DNA of 64,000 nucleotides from Sphaerodactylus townsendi (taxonomy: Eukaryota), in contig NC_059433.1 of NCBI RefSeq assembly GCF_021028975.2, positions 40,238,001 to 40,302,000 on the forward strand, given 5' to 3'. Within the stretch, counting starts at the first letter, position 1; every line of letters begins with the position of its first letter. Shown here in pieces: positions 49,185 through 62,695 of this stretch. Position numbers and translations under genes: made by a program. The notes under the pieces are model-generated. The model was not told the DNA's origin, made no database searches, and was given only the letters and a program-made list of their open reading frames with translations.

Positions 49185-49459
49185 ATGGCATTTCCACGCT
49201 TTAGCATTGTGAGCAAGCTCTTTTTGAGGAAAAGAGTCTCACTTACCCTGAAACTGTTATGTGTTATTCTCTCTGTCCTTGTCTTCTGTGAATTTTTAAT
49301 TTATTACATAGTTATAATTCAGTGTCACTGGCCACAAGTCAAAACTGAGACTCCAGAGGGCAGTGAACAGACTTCAGCCTCTGTCTTGAAGGTTGTGTTT
49401 TTATCTGATACTCACTTGCTTGGTGAAATCCAAGGACATTGGTTGGACAAGCTAAGGAG
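49185..49459 (+). CDS. MPPE1: MPPE1 first coding exon
   Basis: MAFPRF...FCEFLIYY...[20 protein letters not shown]. Acceptor at 49092, donor AG|GTAAGA. Confidence 0.93.
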
Positions 49460-52400
49460 GTAAGAACTAACTGTAAATAACCTTTTTAAAGGGATTAATA
49501 GATATTTTTAGTACAGTTGGCACATACTGTTAGTTGAAGGTCCAAAAATGTTAAAGTTGTGATCCAGTTTAAGAGTTGATTGGCCTCAGCTCATCATTTT
49601 ACAAAGGGTGTGTAGTCATGCCCTAGACATAGATGCCCTTTTTTAAAGAAGGAGGAGGTAATATACAGTCCATCACTCAAGCTTCCAAAACCCTGGTCTG
49701 TATACCGTCACTTGCTAAAGTGAGTCATGTGGCAAGCAGGGATGGAACATCTCTTGATGTGGAATAGAACAACTTCATAGAAATGGGCGGAGTCAATCCC
49801 TCTATCCTTCTACACTCACATAAAGCTGAAATTCTGGGCACATTTGGGAAGTAAGCTCCATTGGACTCATTGAGTAAATGAGCCTACAATCAGGCTGTGC
49901 GCCCCCATGTCTGATATCTGGGTTTTCAGCAACTTGTTTGAGAATATGCCTAATGTGATGGTGGAAAGTGTGGTTTCATAGTTGGCTCCGCCTCTTATGG
50001 CAGTCATATTAGGGCTAGCTCTGTTTCTTCGAGCAGCCATTTTGTGGTTGTCCCCTCTCTTTTGGCAGCCATTTTGTCAGTGGTGGGATTCAGCAGGTTC
50101 ACACCACTTTTGCAGAACTGGTTGTTGAAATGGTGCTTGTAAGCAATCAGTTGTTAAATTATTTGAATCCCACCACCAGAACTGGTTACATTTTTTGAAC
50201 CCCATCACTGCATTTTGTGCTTGTGCGCATCACCCTGTGATGCGCACAAATGTGCCCACAGGACCCCAAATGTGGCCACAGGATCAAAAACATTGGGGAC
50301 CACTGAACTAGAGAAACTGGAAGTGATCGTGGCTAGAAATGTTGGTTCTGATATGCTTTCACCCAATACTTGCAGGAAATTTTTAACAGGTGCACATTCA
50401 AAAATGGCATCCACCGCCAGCAATAGTACAGTCTGCTTTGCCACCTTATTTCTGTTGCTTGAGTAGCCTAGGACATCAATTGCAAGCTTTGTGTAGCTCA
50501 GAACTCCAGAACCAAACTAACATAACTGAAAATTTTGAAGGGTGATAGTTGGACATTTCTGCTGATAGTCTGTGCTGATATTTTCTGTGTTGATATTCAT
50601 GCTATTGTTTGTCTAGTTCTGATGGGTTTTTGGGGGGTGGGGGTGGATTGCACCCTGAGACATTTGTTGAAGTAAGATGCACACAAAAAGTATTCCCTAA
50701 GTTTATCAGAGTGGAAAACTGGTTTTTTCCACATCTGCGTATCCCCTTTCCTTTTCATGCAAATCTGGACAAGTTTTTGTGATATTAATTGGAAGATATT
50801 AGACTGGCTCTTTTTTTTTCTCCTCTTAGAGAATGGCAAATGGAAAGAGCCTTCCAAACTGCCCTATGGCTGCTGCAACCGGAAGTTGTTTTTATTTTAG
50901 GTGATATCTTTGATGAAGGGAAATGGAGTTCTTCTCAGGTCAGTATTGTGTGCAGTGCTATTCTTGAAGAAAAATAGGGTTATATTGAAATAATTGTACA
51001 CACAAGCACAGAATTGTGGAATAAATACATTGCTTTGATGTTGTCTTCATTTCATGGTCATGTTTACTAACCAGTAGCTTAATCCATAATCTAGTTAAGC
51101 AAAAGTACTTGGAAATCATTGGGTTACACTTGCAATGTATTCTGGCATTTCACTGTAACAAGATAGTGTATAAGAATCTTTTGTGTGCTAAAATCCAGAT
51201 TGATGTTTGAAAGAAAAGGTGGGTTAAACTAGGATATACTGTGTAATCTAGATACAGGCTGAACCAAGTCATGCAACATCCTCTAGCATAAAGTTGCTGA
51301 AAACCATCCAATCATGACTTAAAAGTTAAACTGTGATCCTTTTCTTACACAATCCTTTGTCGCTGTTGGTATCAGATCAATTAATGGACCAAGTAGGAAA
51401 TTACTGCTTGATTATTTTTTAAAATATAGTGCTGCATTTTGTCCAATGTTAGTGAGATTCTGGTGCTTGAAAAATATTTTTAGGGACGCATGAAAGGTTT
51501 TGCATTCCTCTGTGGTTGTTTGCATGTGCTTAGCTTAAAATGTATAATTGTGGACATCTCTCACAGAAAGTTGGTCAGAGTGCCTGCATTCTGAAATGTG
51601 TCTACCATGTTAATTGAAATATTAATACTGTGTTTTAACCAGGTTAGGGCGTGAGAGCATTGGTAGCTGAGAACTGGGACAAATAGCAATTTCTGACAAT
51701 AAAGAAAAGATTTGAGTAGCCTCTTAAGTAGCATTATTCAACAACGGAAGCCTTATATATTTTCTGCAGGCCTGGTCAGATGATGTAAGACGCTTTCAGA
51801 ACATGTTTAGGCATCCAGCCCACATTGAGCTAATTGTGATTGTTGGCAACCATGACATCGGCTTTCATTATGAGTGAGTATTTGGTGAAACAGGATATAG
51901 TACCATGGTGGGATATGTCAGAATGAGAACAATAACTGCCTTCTATAAGAATTCAAGCCTTTGATTTTATGGTAAGGTAGAACTTTCATTTTAACTGTAT
52001 AATCTGTGTCTGCATGGGAGAAGATCGCTCTGAAAAACTGAACATGACTGTGATGACCACACTCTTTTTCTTTTGTGAATGAATATGTATAAAAGATACT
52101 ATTTATAAAATATAAAAATATATAATACTGTTTATTTCTTCTTTTCTTTCCAAGGTATTTATAACTTCCACCAGGAATTTAATTCCAACCCCTTTTTAAT
52201 TTCTCCTAAAGTATTGTGTCTGAGCTCTAAAACAGTTTCAAAGGTCTATGTGACCCTGACAAAGAAACCTTCCTAAGTTATTGGTGTAAGATTCCAGGTT
52301 AATTTGAACAAATTAAAATTCTAGTTATATGTTTTCTTCAGTTTAATGGTCACAAGAAGTAATTTATCTTATCTCTACAATCAGTGAAATTATTTGAGGC

Positions 52401-55400
52401 AATAACTACATTGTTCCTGTGGATCTCCAGGTCTTCAGGAGCAGCTTTTCTGGCGGCTTAGAGAGTTTCTGAGGATGGATCCATTCCATCAGTGGTGCTT
52501 CAATTGCAGTTCTTCTGACTCCGCGTATGTGCCCCCAAGAGAGAGTTGCTGGAAAATCACAAAAGCCTTCTGTGATGGACAGCTAACTGCAGATCAGTGA
52601 TATCTGTCTGAGAACACTGATTGACAGAGGATTAAAAAAAACCTCTACAGTTGACTTGTGAGAGTTCAATTGACATTGCTGGTTAGGAAGGAAAATGCGG
52701 AAAGTAGAGAGGATTGAAGAGGATAGGATCCTGCAATAGGGAAGTGGAGCTAGTAGTCTTTCCCTGAGGGAAATAGCTTCTAGAAATTGGTGGTGGATGG
52801 GAGAATCCCTATCAAGTGCTAAAGAAGGAAAATTGGAACCTGTGTGTATGATCTTGCCTCCATACTTCAGAAATTTTGTGTCGAATAAATTTGTTCGTGT
52901 TTAAGCAGCGACAACCAAGCGCTCTCTTTCCAGTTACAAACACTTGCGTGTAGAACAAAACCACTACATTTTTGTGACAAACTATTGTATATAGTTGTAC
53001 CAATTTCCCCTAATTTCTGTTACCTTTTCACCTCTCAAGTTTAAACCTGAAACTTTCCCTAACAGCCTGCCTTGACCATTTCTATGTAAGAGTAAAATAA
53101 AATAGTTTATGTATTGTGAATTTATATCAGCCTCAAGCGTGCTGTATTCAGATATATACCAATAAACGGTTTTCAGTTCTTTCACATCCTTGGGTCAGTC
53201 AGAATATATATTTATCCATCTTAACATCTGGGGGAACAGACAAAAGAAAAAAGGAGCAGATTGGCAAAGTAAAAAGGGGAGGGGAGAAGCATCATAGCCA
53301 CATATTTCATTAATCAAATCTCACTTATGACAAGTGTTTTAGTAACGTTACTGGGGGAAATAATACACTTAACTGCCATTTAAATAATATATCTGTCATG
53401 TGCTAGCTATTTATCAGCCAATATTTCAGTAGAAATGCTTAGAACGAATTCTAAGTCAAATGCATCATACGCTTTATTTTTTTTCACACAGAATGACTGC
53501 GTTCAAGTTAAAGCGCTTTTCACAAGTTTTCAACTTCACCTCAGAAAAGCTGGTAACTCGGAAAGGGATAAAGTGAGTGATTTAAAAAAAAGTTTTAATA
53601 TTTATTTACCCTTCATATCCTTATGCTGCCAAGGAGTGATGATGAATTAAAATAATGAATAACGAACAGATTTCTTTACCTAAGCTATCTTGCTGTATCC
53701 TTGTGAGTTTTTGTTTTGTTTTGTTTAAGGCAAGCCTTTTACCCAGATTAAAGCGACTTCTCATATTGGCTAATACATGTGGTAATTTGTTGTGAACTTT
53801 AAAATGAAGAGAATACAAAGCTGTTGTGTATTGTGTGTCAATCTTCATTACATTCATGTGCTCATGTAAGTGGGAATGAGTTCTACTAAATACAGTGGAA
53901 GTAAGAGTGAAACTAGGGAGGATGTCGGGAGTACAATGTTCAGAGCTCAGGCATTGTTTGTTTCTAAATAGCAGAGGAGTCCCCAATTTTAGATCTGCAG
54001 AATTAAGGTAAAGTTTAACTGTTTTCTCCATGCCATTTTTTTCAGTTGAAACAGCAAACGTGCAGCATTCTATATTCCAGGTGTTGAGTTTTGGATATGC
54101 TGTTCTGAGGAACCCCCAATGAATATAATCCTATTAAAATTACCAGCATACCTGCGTGTTTAGGAGTTATCAGAATGGGTTGGGCAGTGTTCTCTGTATT
54201 ATTTGTAATGGTTAAAAGATGTTCAAATGGTTGCAGTTTACTTGCTGTTTCCTACATCCTTTTATTCATAAACAAGTGGATAGTGTTTATGATCCCGAGG
54301 ATTCTTTGTATGAACTCTTCTATAGGTATGTGTGCCCGAAAGGATGTTCTCCAGCTCTTTCCTTGTTGAGTAGACCAACTGCATTTTAAAGTTCTACAGT
54401 ATATTAAGCCATGCAAATGTATACAGGTGGAAATACTACAATACTACAGTCTTTTGTGTTGTGTGCAGGGGATAAATAATGACATTTGATTGAGAGGCTA
54501 CCATCTCAGTTGGTTGGAAACGATATCAAAGGGTTGGCAAGTGCATGTTTAGGTGTATACACACACCATATAACACTCATCGGTCGTTGCCTGAAGACCC
54601 TCCATGTGGGAAGCTGTTTTTCAAAAGGAGAGTGACTTTGGTATTCTTTTCCTACTGAATTCACCCGGGGTGACTCCCACTTGATGTGGATTATCCTTCC
54701 TTGTTTCTGAGAAATACTTGAGTAGACAGATACAATACAGGGAGGTAGGGCTGGGGCTGCATTGCTGCAGTGGGATGAGAGACAACAGGGAAGAGATTTT
54801 GATCATACTCATGGTTACCAATTCCTGTTTATAGATAAATGCAAGGAGGTAGATTGCTACTTCTCTGAACTTTGCAAGACAACCAAGTTTACTGGACTGG
54901 ATGCAGTTCTGAATCTGATAAAAGCTCTGTGCCCATCCCACAAATCCATTGGATGTCAAATGTAATTTCCCCTCCTCCTCTACAATTCCTTTCAGTTTTG
55001 TCCTGGTGAACAGTGTCGCAATGGAGGGAGACGGATGCAAAATCTGCAGGACGGCAGAGGCAAAACTTGTGGAGCTCTCTCACAGACTGAACTGCTCATT
55101 GCAGGTAAGAAGACATTCATCGTTAAGAAACTCTGACAATGTAAAGCATCCCTTAACCATGTCTCTAGTTTGTGCCTTTTCCTGTTAACAATTTTGTTTT
55201 CTTAATTCTGAAGCTGCTTCAGTGTGCAGACAAAGAGCCCCATCCAGGGAGGGTCCCCGAATCCACTGGTGGAAGTGCCATGCAGATTTACCTTCCCCAG
55301 GGCACTTACTCTGGCAGAGTGGTGAAATTGCCAGAGTGTGGCCGCTCTGGCCCTCTCCGGTGCTGAGATGTGGTGCCAGATGCAGCACCAGCATTCGCTG

Positions 55401-58400
55401 CCCCCCGCTGCCAGTGTAGCTGGGGCAGGCCCAAGACAGGGCCTGGGGAGAAGCTGACGCTAATTAGCCAGCGGCTGAGAGTTGAGACTTCAGCTATCCT
55501 TTTGGATGGTGCAAGTCTATTAAGCCTAATGGAGGCTTCTAGGTGACGGGAAGGCTTTCACGCTTTTGAAGCCTCCCCACGCCACTAGGAAGCTGTGTGC
55601 CACTCTGGCTGCCTGGACTCATGGATGGGGCTGAAAGTTCCTATCTCTTAACCATCCTTTTATATTAGCAGAATCAAGCAGCTCTTTCAATGTGAGAAGC
55701 TGTTGCCTGTATTAAAATGAACGACCAAGCCTTTGTGAGCGAACGTGTAAAAATTGCCCTTTTTTGGAGGGGGCTCAGTTTGTATCCCTCTCCCCTTCTT
55801 TTGCACTCGTGGGTAGGTGCGATCATTCCATCTCATATGGTTTTCTACCGTCAGCTATTCCCTGCATTTCTGATGCATGCTTTGCTGCAAGCCCAAGTTC
55901 CTTGTGTTTGGTAGGTGCATCCTTGGGGATAGAGTTATATATCCTGGGTTCCTGTCTTTTCCTCTAATTCTCTAGGTTTCTGGCATGTAATCTCATTTTT
56001 GATTGAAAAACAATTGTGAAACCACTTCCATTTCTTCCACTACAAAGTATTTGACGGATATGTACAAAACCTCACTTGATTTTTTTGTTGACAGGAGCAA
56101 AGTCAGCATCAAAAGAAGTGCAGCAATGTGGACAAACTTCCACCTTCATTTCCAATACTATTACAGGTGTGTTTGAGACCATATTGTGTTTTGGCTTTAT
56201 TTATCATAAGAATTGCTGAATTATTTGTTAGTGAATTGATGGCTTGGTTTTTGCTTTGAACACCTTTCAGCACTATCCTCTTTACAGAAGAAGTGACTCT
56301 CAATGTACAGGAGAAGATGCTGCACCACTGGATAAAAGGAATGACCCTTTCAAAGAGAAGTATGATGTGCTTTCTGAGGAAGCTTCCCAAAAGGTACGTT
56401 AACTCCCATCAGTTTTATTTAATGGAACTTCATATCTGTTCCTGCTATCCATATTTTCAGTTTCTGGGAAGAGCTGTAGAAGTGATCTTTGATGAATGGA
56501 ACACTAGTAGAATCTCATCGACCTGATCCCATAGATTAATATAACTGCAATAGATGGCTACAGACCATAAAAGCTGATACAGGCATGAACATCAACCAGC
56601 TGAAGGCAGCAGTACTTAATCAAAAAATGTGGAAAGAGCTTACATATCAGGTCGCCAAGGGTCGAGAACGACTGAATGGATAACATCATCATCAGGCTTG
56701 GTTTCTTTCTTTTTTTTTGCTATCAAGTCACAGCTGACTTATGGCAATCCCTCAGGGTTTCCAAGGCAAGAGATGTTCAGAAATGGTTTGCCATTGTGTG
56801 CTTTTGTGTCACAACCCTGGTATTTCTTCATGGTCTCCCAACAAAATAGTTGCCAGGGTCAGGGCTGAAAGTGTGTGATTGGTCCAAGGTTACCCTGCAA
56901 GTTTCCATGGTGCAGTGGGGATTTGAACCTGGTTTTCCCAGATCCTATTCTGACACTTTAACCACTACACCATGCTGTCTCTCATTTACAGGCTTACTGC
57001 CAATAAAAAATAAATGCGAAAGTAGCTATATGCTGAGGAGTGGCTATAATTGCCTACCCTGCATACAAAAGCTGAGAACACATTAAAATATTTGGACCAA
57101 AATTTTAAGTCAAAATAGCAAGCCTGCGTGAAATAGTGGTTAAAAGTGGTGGACTGTGACCTGGAGAACCTGATTTGATCCCCACTCCTCCATATGAGTG
57201 GTGGACTCTTTATCTGGTGAACTGGATTTGTTTCTCCACTCCTACACATGAAGCCTGCTGGGTGATCTTGAGCTAGTCACAGTTCTCTCTCAGAACTCTC
57301 CCCACCTACCTACTTCATGATATGTCCGCTGTGGGGAGAGGAAGGTAAGGAGTTTGTAAGCTCCTATTGGAGAGAAAAGCGGGGTAAAACTCCAAACTGT
57401 TCTTTAACACTTCTAATGCTTGTCTGTTAAAAAATTTTTTTTAGATAATTTAATAAAATCTCCATTACCTCTTTCTTAATGCAGTTATTATGGTGGTTCC
57501 AGCCTCGGCTAATTCTGAGTGGTCACACCCACAGTGCCTGTGAAGTGTTGCATCATGGGAAAATTCCAGAAATCAGCGTTCCGTCGTTCAGTTGGAGGAA
57601 CAGAAACAATCCCAGTTTCATCATGGTAAATTTAAATCGCTTTTATTTTGTCAGATTTCTCATAATATAAATCAACATAGCAATCAGCTATTTTCTCAAA
57701 CTGATGCTACCTGTAGAAAAGCAAAACAAAACAGTTTCTCCCCATCCCTTCCAAAAGTACACTTAACTTGAATACAAAGCACCCACTTTATGAAGCACAT
57801 ACCTGGGGAGCTATCCAGCTTGTATAGTGCAAAGTATTTTTTTTCCTCGGTTTTACAACCTTTTTTACATACAAGCATATTTAGTACGTTTCTATAAAGA
57901 AGGTGCTGTGTAAACAATTTGACTGCAACAATCATCAGTAGTCTGCAACAAACAGTATTAAGACTTGTTTTTGCTTGGCTAATTTATTCACAATACCATA
58001 TCTTTCTGCATGGCTCTTTCATCGTTCAGAAGTGCAAACTATCCCATAGGGCAGCAAAATTCTATTCAGACGAACCTAATATTTGTGATACAGGTTTTTC
58101 CCCCTACTTTGGGTATACTAGATTACAACTTTCAGTAGATTAACCTGGAGCACAGTTTCCCAGTTGTACCTTTTACTTTTGTTTTCAAAACCAATCCTAA
58201 GCTACATTTACTTATTTAGCCTTCTGTGCATGGGAAAAGGCAAGCAGTTACAGATCTCTATTTCTTAGTTCCTAGGTATAATTCTTTCACACCTAAACAA
58301 GTAAACATGATGCTAAACAGTTCTGCTTGTAAAGCATGGTGTCTTTTCCTTCTATTCAGAGTGGTTGCTTACCAAAGCATTCCACACTTCAGAATGTATT

Positions 58401-59108
58401 ACTTCCTGCACTTTGAAATGTGGACGATATTTGGCTATTGGCTTATATTACCTGTAAAGCTTCCTCCTTGCCCCTCGCATTGGTATATGAAGCTAACCAA
58501 TCAGGCCTCCCGTCCAGCTCTCTCAAACACTGGGTCTTCCGTACGTAACACAATATACTAAATCCAGTGATTTCAATGGGAATGAAAGTGTATGTTGGAT
58601 TGTGGTCAGTAGTCACTACGTGACTTGGGACAATCCACATTGTTTTGTAGAGCCTGCCCAGACAAAAAGATACTTCTGCTGTGTTCATATTGAGGACCCA
58701 AATGCTTTCAAGTGGCACAAAATGGCCCAGAGCAGCTCAATGCTTAACAGGAGAATAGCTTAACATAAGCAATTTGAAAGCAAAATAGATTTTCATCCAC
58801 TGGACAGTTGAAAGCCCTGGTGCTAAGCAAGGAGCTGCCATTAAGGCAAACTTTTTAAAAAACCCAGCTTGATAACCTTTTGGCCCCAGTCATATGTGAA
58901 TGGCGTTTGTTTTCTTTCTCAGGGCAGCATGACATCGACAGATTTCTCCCTCTACAAATGCTTTCTTCCATTTGAGAACACAGTTGTTGCTGTCTACTGT
59001 GCAGCTGGAGCTATGCTGGTCCTCCTTATAACAGCTCACTTTCAATCATGCCTCAGCTTCCCTTTCTCATTTGTTCAGCATTTAATCACTAAGCATAAAG
59101 CAGTATGA
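49185..59108 (+). CDS. MPPE1: Metallophosphoesterase 1 (PGAP5), complete 9-exon CDS, 399 aa
   Basis: Exons: 49185-49459, 50830-50938, 51770-51873, 53492-53572, 54996-55104, 56095-56166, 56271-56393, 57485-57625, 58923-59108, total 1200 nt, all GT-AG. Motifs DTH, GDIFD, GNHD, HYP and GHTH are present, with N- and C-terminal TM segments and a KxKxx ER-retrieval end (KHKAV*). Confidence 0.97.
50078..50210. mobile_element. hAT MITE of the same family, opposite orientation, nested in an older hAT-like element
   Basis: Perfect 8-bp TSD CATTTTGT. The host element has GGCAGCCATTTTGT repeats and ends GGGGACCACTG near 50305. Confidence 0.78.
50830..50938 (+). CDS. MPPE1: MPPE1 coding exon 2
   Basis: [36 protein letters not shown]. 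Confidence 0.96.
51770..51873 (+). CDS. MPPE1: MPPE1 coding exon 3
   Basis: [34 protein letters not shown]. Confidence 0.96.
53492..53572 (+). CDS. MPPE1: MPPE1 coding exon 4
   Basis: [26 protein letters not shown], phase 2-2. Confidence 0.93.
54996..55104 (+). CDS. MPPE1: MPPE1 coding exon 5
   Basis: [36 protein letters not shown]. Confidence 0.95.
55235..55633. mobile_element. Non-autonomous DNA-transposon family (AGCCCCATCC...GGATGGGGCT TIRs)
   Basis: Terminal inverted repeats plus the shared internal motif GGCACTTACYCTGGCAGA. Relatives lie near 7290-7730, 28780-29070, 63058-63508 and 5010-5450. Confidence 0.6.
56095..56166 (+). CDS. MPPE1: MPPE1 coding exon 6
   Basis: [24 protein letters not shown]. 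Confidence 0.92.
56271..56393 (+). CDS. MPPE1: MPPE1 coding exon 7
   Basis: [41 protein letters not shown]. Confidence 0.96.
56725..56980 (-). mobile_element. Composite SINE (tRNA/Squam3-like head plus Sauria-type tail)
   Basis: The left part matches the tail of the 31140 element and the right part matches the head of the 32865-33066 SINE. Confidence 0.6.
57118..57404 (+). mobile_element. Squam3-like SINE
   Basis: Homologous to 1677-1972. Older diverged copies lie near 361-560, 14815-14992, 32865-33066 and 37620-38030. Confidence 0.72.
57485..57625 (+). CDS. MPPE1: MPPE1 coding exon 8
   Basis: [47 protein letters not shown]. Confidence 0.96.
58923..59108 (+). CDS. MPPE1: MPPE1 terminal coding exon
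   Basis: [21 protein letters not shown]...ITKHKAV*. Confidence 0.95.
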   Translation, partial: GSMTSTDFSLYKCFLPFENTVVAVYCAAGAMLVLLITAHFQSCLSFPFSFVQHLITKHKAV

Positions 59109-61667
59109 AGAGCTGGACATTTGTAATCGGTTACTGACACATCAAAGCTAAAGAACAGTCCATCAGACTACATTCATGCCAGCAAATGCATACTTGAGTT
59201 GCTAGCCCAAAAGGCAAGGTCGCCTTTACACACAGAAAGTCTTATACAGTTGATATGACTTTTTTTTCTACAGGATTAAATTAACCGAATGCTTCATGCT
59301 GTACAAAAATATTGTATTCTACAATCAAATGAGTTATTTTTTTCTTGCTAAAGTTTTTTTGTATCAAACATGTATATTAAAAGTTTGTAACTGTACACTA
59401 TAAGTCTACAAGCCTCCTCTTGTGTCTGCACTAGTGTCCTATGCTGCTAGAGGCTTAGTCTTTCTAACTGGAAACAATTCTAAAGTGTTATTGCTGCGTG
59501 ACCATCTAATGTGGTACTTCTCTTCCTTGATGTCAGCAATACAAGATGTAGAGTTACTTTACAGTAAGATGTTGCAAACAAAAGGCTCTTGTTTGGGAGA
59601 AGTAACTTACTGGCCTCAGATGAGTCACCTTGCTTATGTTCAATATAAAGTAGTTTTAGATGATATTTGTGTGTTGTCTACTTGACAATCATTCAAAACC
59701 CCTGGCTAGCTGGCTTGCAAACTAATGGCAAACCAGGCAGAAAAGTGAGGACAAGCCTTTTGAGCTATCTTGGTAGTTGTGTGTAGTCTGTGCACATCCC
59801 ATTGACTTATGTCAAGAGTTCTGCTTGGATGTCTTCCTCAGAATAGAATGTTAGCAGCTGTTCTTCTACCCCAGCATGGTTCATAGAGAGTTTAAAAACA
59901 ATAAGAGCACCCTGTACTTCAGATAGGATTCTAAGGAATTGCTCATGGGGAGAACCTAAGGATGTCCACCCTAATTCTAAACATTCTGAAGCAAAAGGAA
60001 GTCCCCACTGAGTCCAGTGGCATTTTTAAGTATTGCACTTATGTGCAAAAGTTTAGCTACAACTTTCAGTCCTTAACTCAGTCTCGAGGCTGAGTTTTAA
60101 AGGTGTCCCAAGTGCTTAGGGTATGGGTGAACCAATGCAACATCATACAACCACTGCTGACAGTTACATCCTTTGGATGTAGTCCAAGTTTTTGAATTTG
60201 GGAAGGGAGGAAATGGCATATAAGCAGAGGTCCCCCCATAACTGTTTTGAATTACGTTCTCCTACTTTCAGCAGGCAACAGTTTTTTTTCCTGTATCTTC
60301 AGGAGGAAGTATAGAAAAATGTTTATTTCTGTAACAGTGACAACTCTGACCCTTCAAAATAAGAATTCCTCTCAAACATTCTGGGAACATGCTTGGTTAT
60401 CCTTACTGAAACACCACAGAATATGTCCAACTAGCAGTTTCAGAGTGGGACTAAAATGTTGAGGAATTTCAGAAAATACAGTACCCAGAAAGATTACTAA
60501 TTCCTCTTTAAATCTGCAACCACAACATGTCTGTCCAATTTTCTGGGGGCGAGGGGGAGAGAAAAGGTTTATGTAAAGAACAAACATGCTGTTGTTATAA
60601 ATATCTGTTTAGGTTGTGTGGTTGAAAATATTTCCAGGAACAATTTGTCTTTAAATTTAAAGGATGAATATAATCTAAGTGATTAAATCATCTACAAAGT
60701 TATGTAGGCTAACGCTTCTAAATTTGTTATTGCAGCTATAATTTTAAAACTTTTGTACAGGTTATCTTGGACACAGGGAAGTATGTACTCAGACATAACA
60801 CCTATGTATAAAATATAAAGCAATGTTATATTTAGAGGAGGACATGCCTTATTGCTACAGCAGTTCTTGCTTTTATATTGTACTGTACCACAACTTATTA
60901 TGTGAATGTCATTTGCATAAATTATTCAAGTTTGAGAAATATCCACACATTGTGATTTTACAATATTTAAAATAAACCATTTTCTAAGGTCTCTTTATTA
61001 AGAGAAATAAAAACGTCATCTTGTAATTCTCTTAGGCCAAACACAAGGGTTACAGCTTTTCTTCTCTCTCCTGCAATTTTCTAGCACAATGAAAGCATCT
61101 GTTGCAGCAAAGATATAAGAACCTTTATCTAATGATGCTTTTATGCATTCACAATCTGCCTCTGCAATTGTGAAAGATCTCTGAATGACCAAAGAATTAC
61201 CCAACATACTTTTTCTAAAGGTAAAAACAAAACCCTTGGTTCCCATGAAAACCACACCAGGTTGCAATTTGGACACTTGAATCAATTTCAGTGTTTTAAA
61301 GCTGAGACTGAGAGAAAGGCATGTTGCTGCAACATCTGGTGGCGATAACAACTTGCTTGGAAAGGTGATGACTAAAATTTGCATAATTTATAATTTTTTT
61401 ATACTAAAGAGCATTTTTATATAAACCAGAAAAAAAACCCTAAACTCTACAGAGAAGTTTTTCACCTCCAGCCGCTGTTGCAGGTGAAGTTGACATCAAG
61501 CTGTACAGCGCAATCAAAAACATACTTACATCTTAGCTCAATTTACAGGTACAGCCATAATCAAGGCACAAAGATCTTCTACAAGTATTTTTCTTCAATA
61601 AAATTGTACAAAATAATATTACACTTTACAGTCTGTACAATATAATAAACCAGCGGTAAAACAAAAA

Positions 61668-61675
61668 TATGTATG

Positions 61676-61706
<31 letters not shown>

Positions 61707-61714
61707 TATATATA
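61668..61714. repeat. (TA)n microsatellite in the GNAL 3' UTR region
   Basis: Directly visible. Confidence 0.9.
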
Positions 61715-62512
61715 GGGAGAAGACTGTTGTCCAAAGAGGATCTAAGCTAGCTGGATCATTTTTGGACAAACAAACAACATAAATGAAGGTGGTGGATTTT
61801 CTGCCTAGATGCAATAGGCTGAAAAAGTAGCTCTAAATTCAAATGCCTGAGGTGCGTAGAGACTCTTACTTCAAACCTCCCCAAAATTGCTTATCTTCCC
61901 TGTGCCTCGTTTTCTATTCTATTTCCTGTGCCAGTAATGGCTTAGAAGAGGCCACTGGTTCAGTGGACCTGCAGCTCAGTTGTGTTAAAAACTGACAGTG
62001 TAATAAATATTGTGGTGCTGCTACATCACGCATGTATACATCCTCTACATTACTTCATAACCCTGATACAAAGTGCATTATTTTTTTTCACCATCCATCA
62101 AGTACTCTTCAGTGTCATGGTAAAAAAGGGACCTGCGCACACTAGAGGTATGACATGGTATCACCCAACTAGCAGATACCAGCTTGAACTAACAAACCTG
62201 CTGGGGAAAAAATGAGCAGGCTGTGTCCAATTAATTAAAAAAACCCACCCCACATGCAACCGAACCTAAGAAAACAGAGGTAGCCAAGTGGCTTAGTGGA
62301 ATGACAAAGTAGTGGCATATCAAAATTAAGCACATTGTCTGCAACAGTATGAACAAGGGGGGGGGGGGGATGCTGCAAACTTGCCCAAAGGCTAACCAAA
62401 GTAAACAAACAGGCTGCAGACATATCTAGACAGCTACATCCTCTACTTTGTGTTAGGAAGTTCAGAAAGAAAAAGAAGCTGCTTAAAACCACAGGCTGTA
62501 TGGTATTTTCAA

Positions 62513-62695
<183 letters not shown>

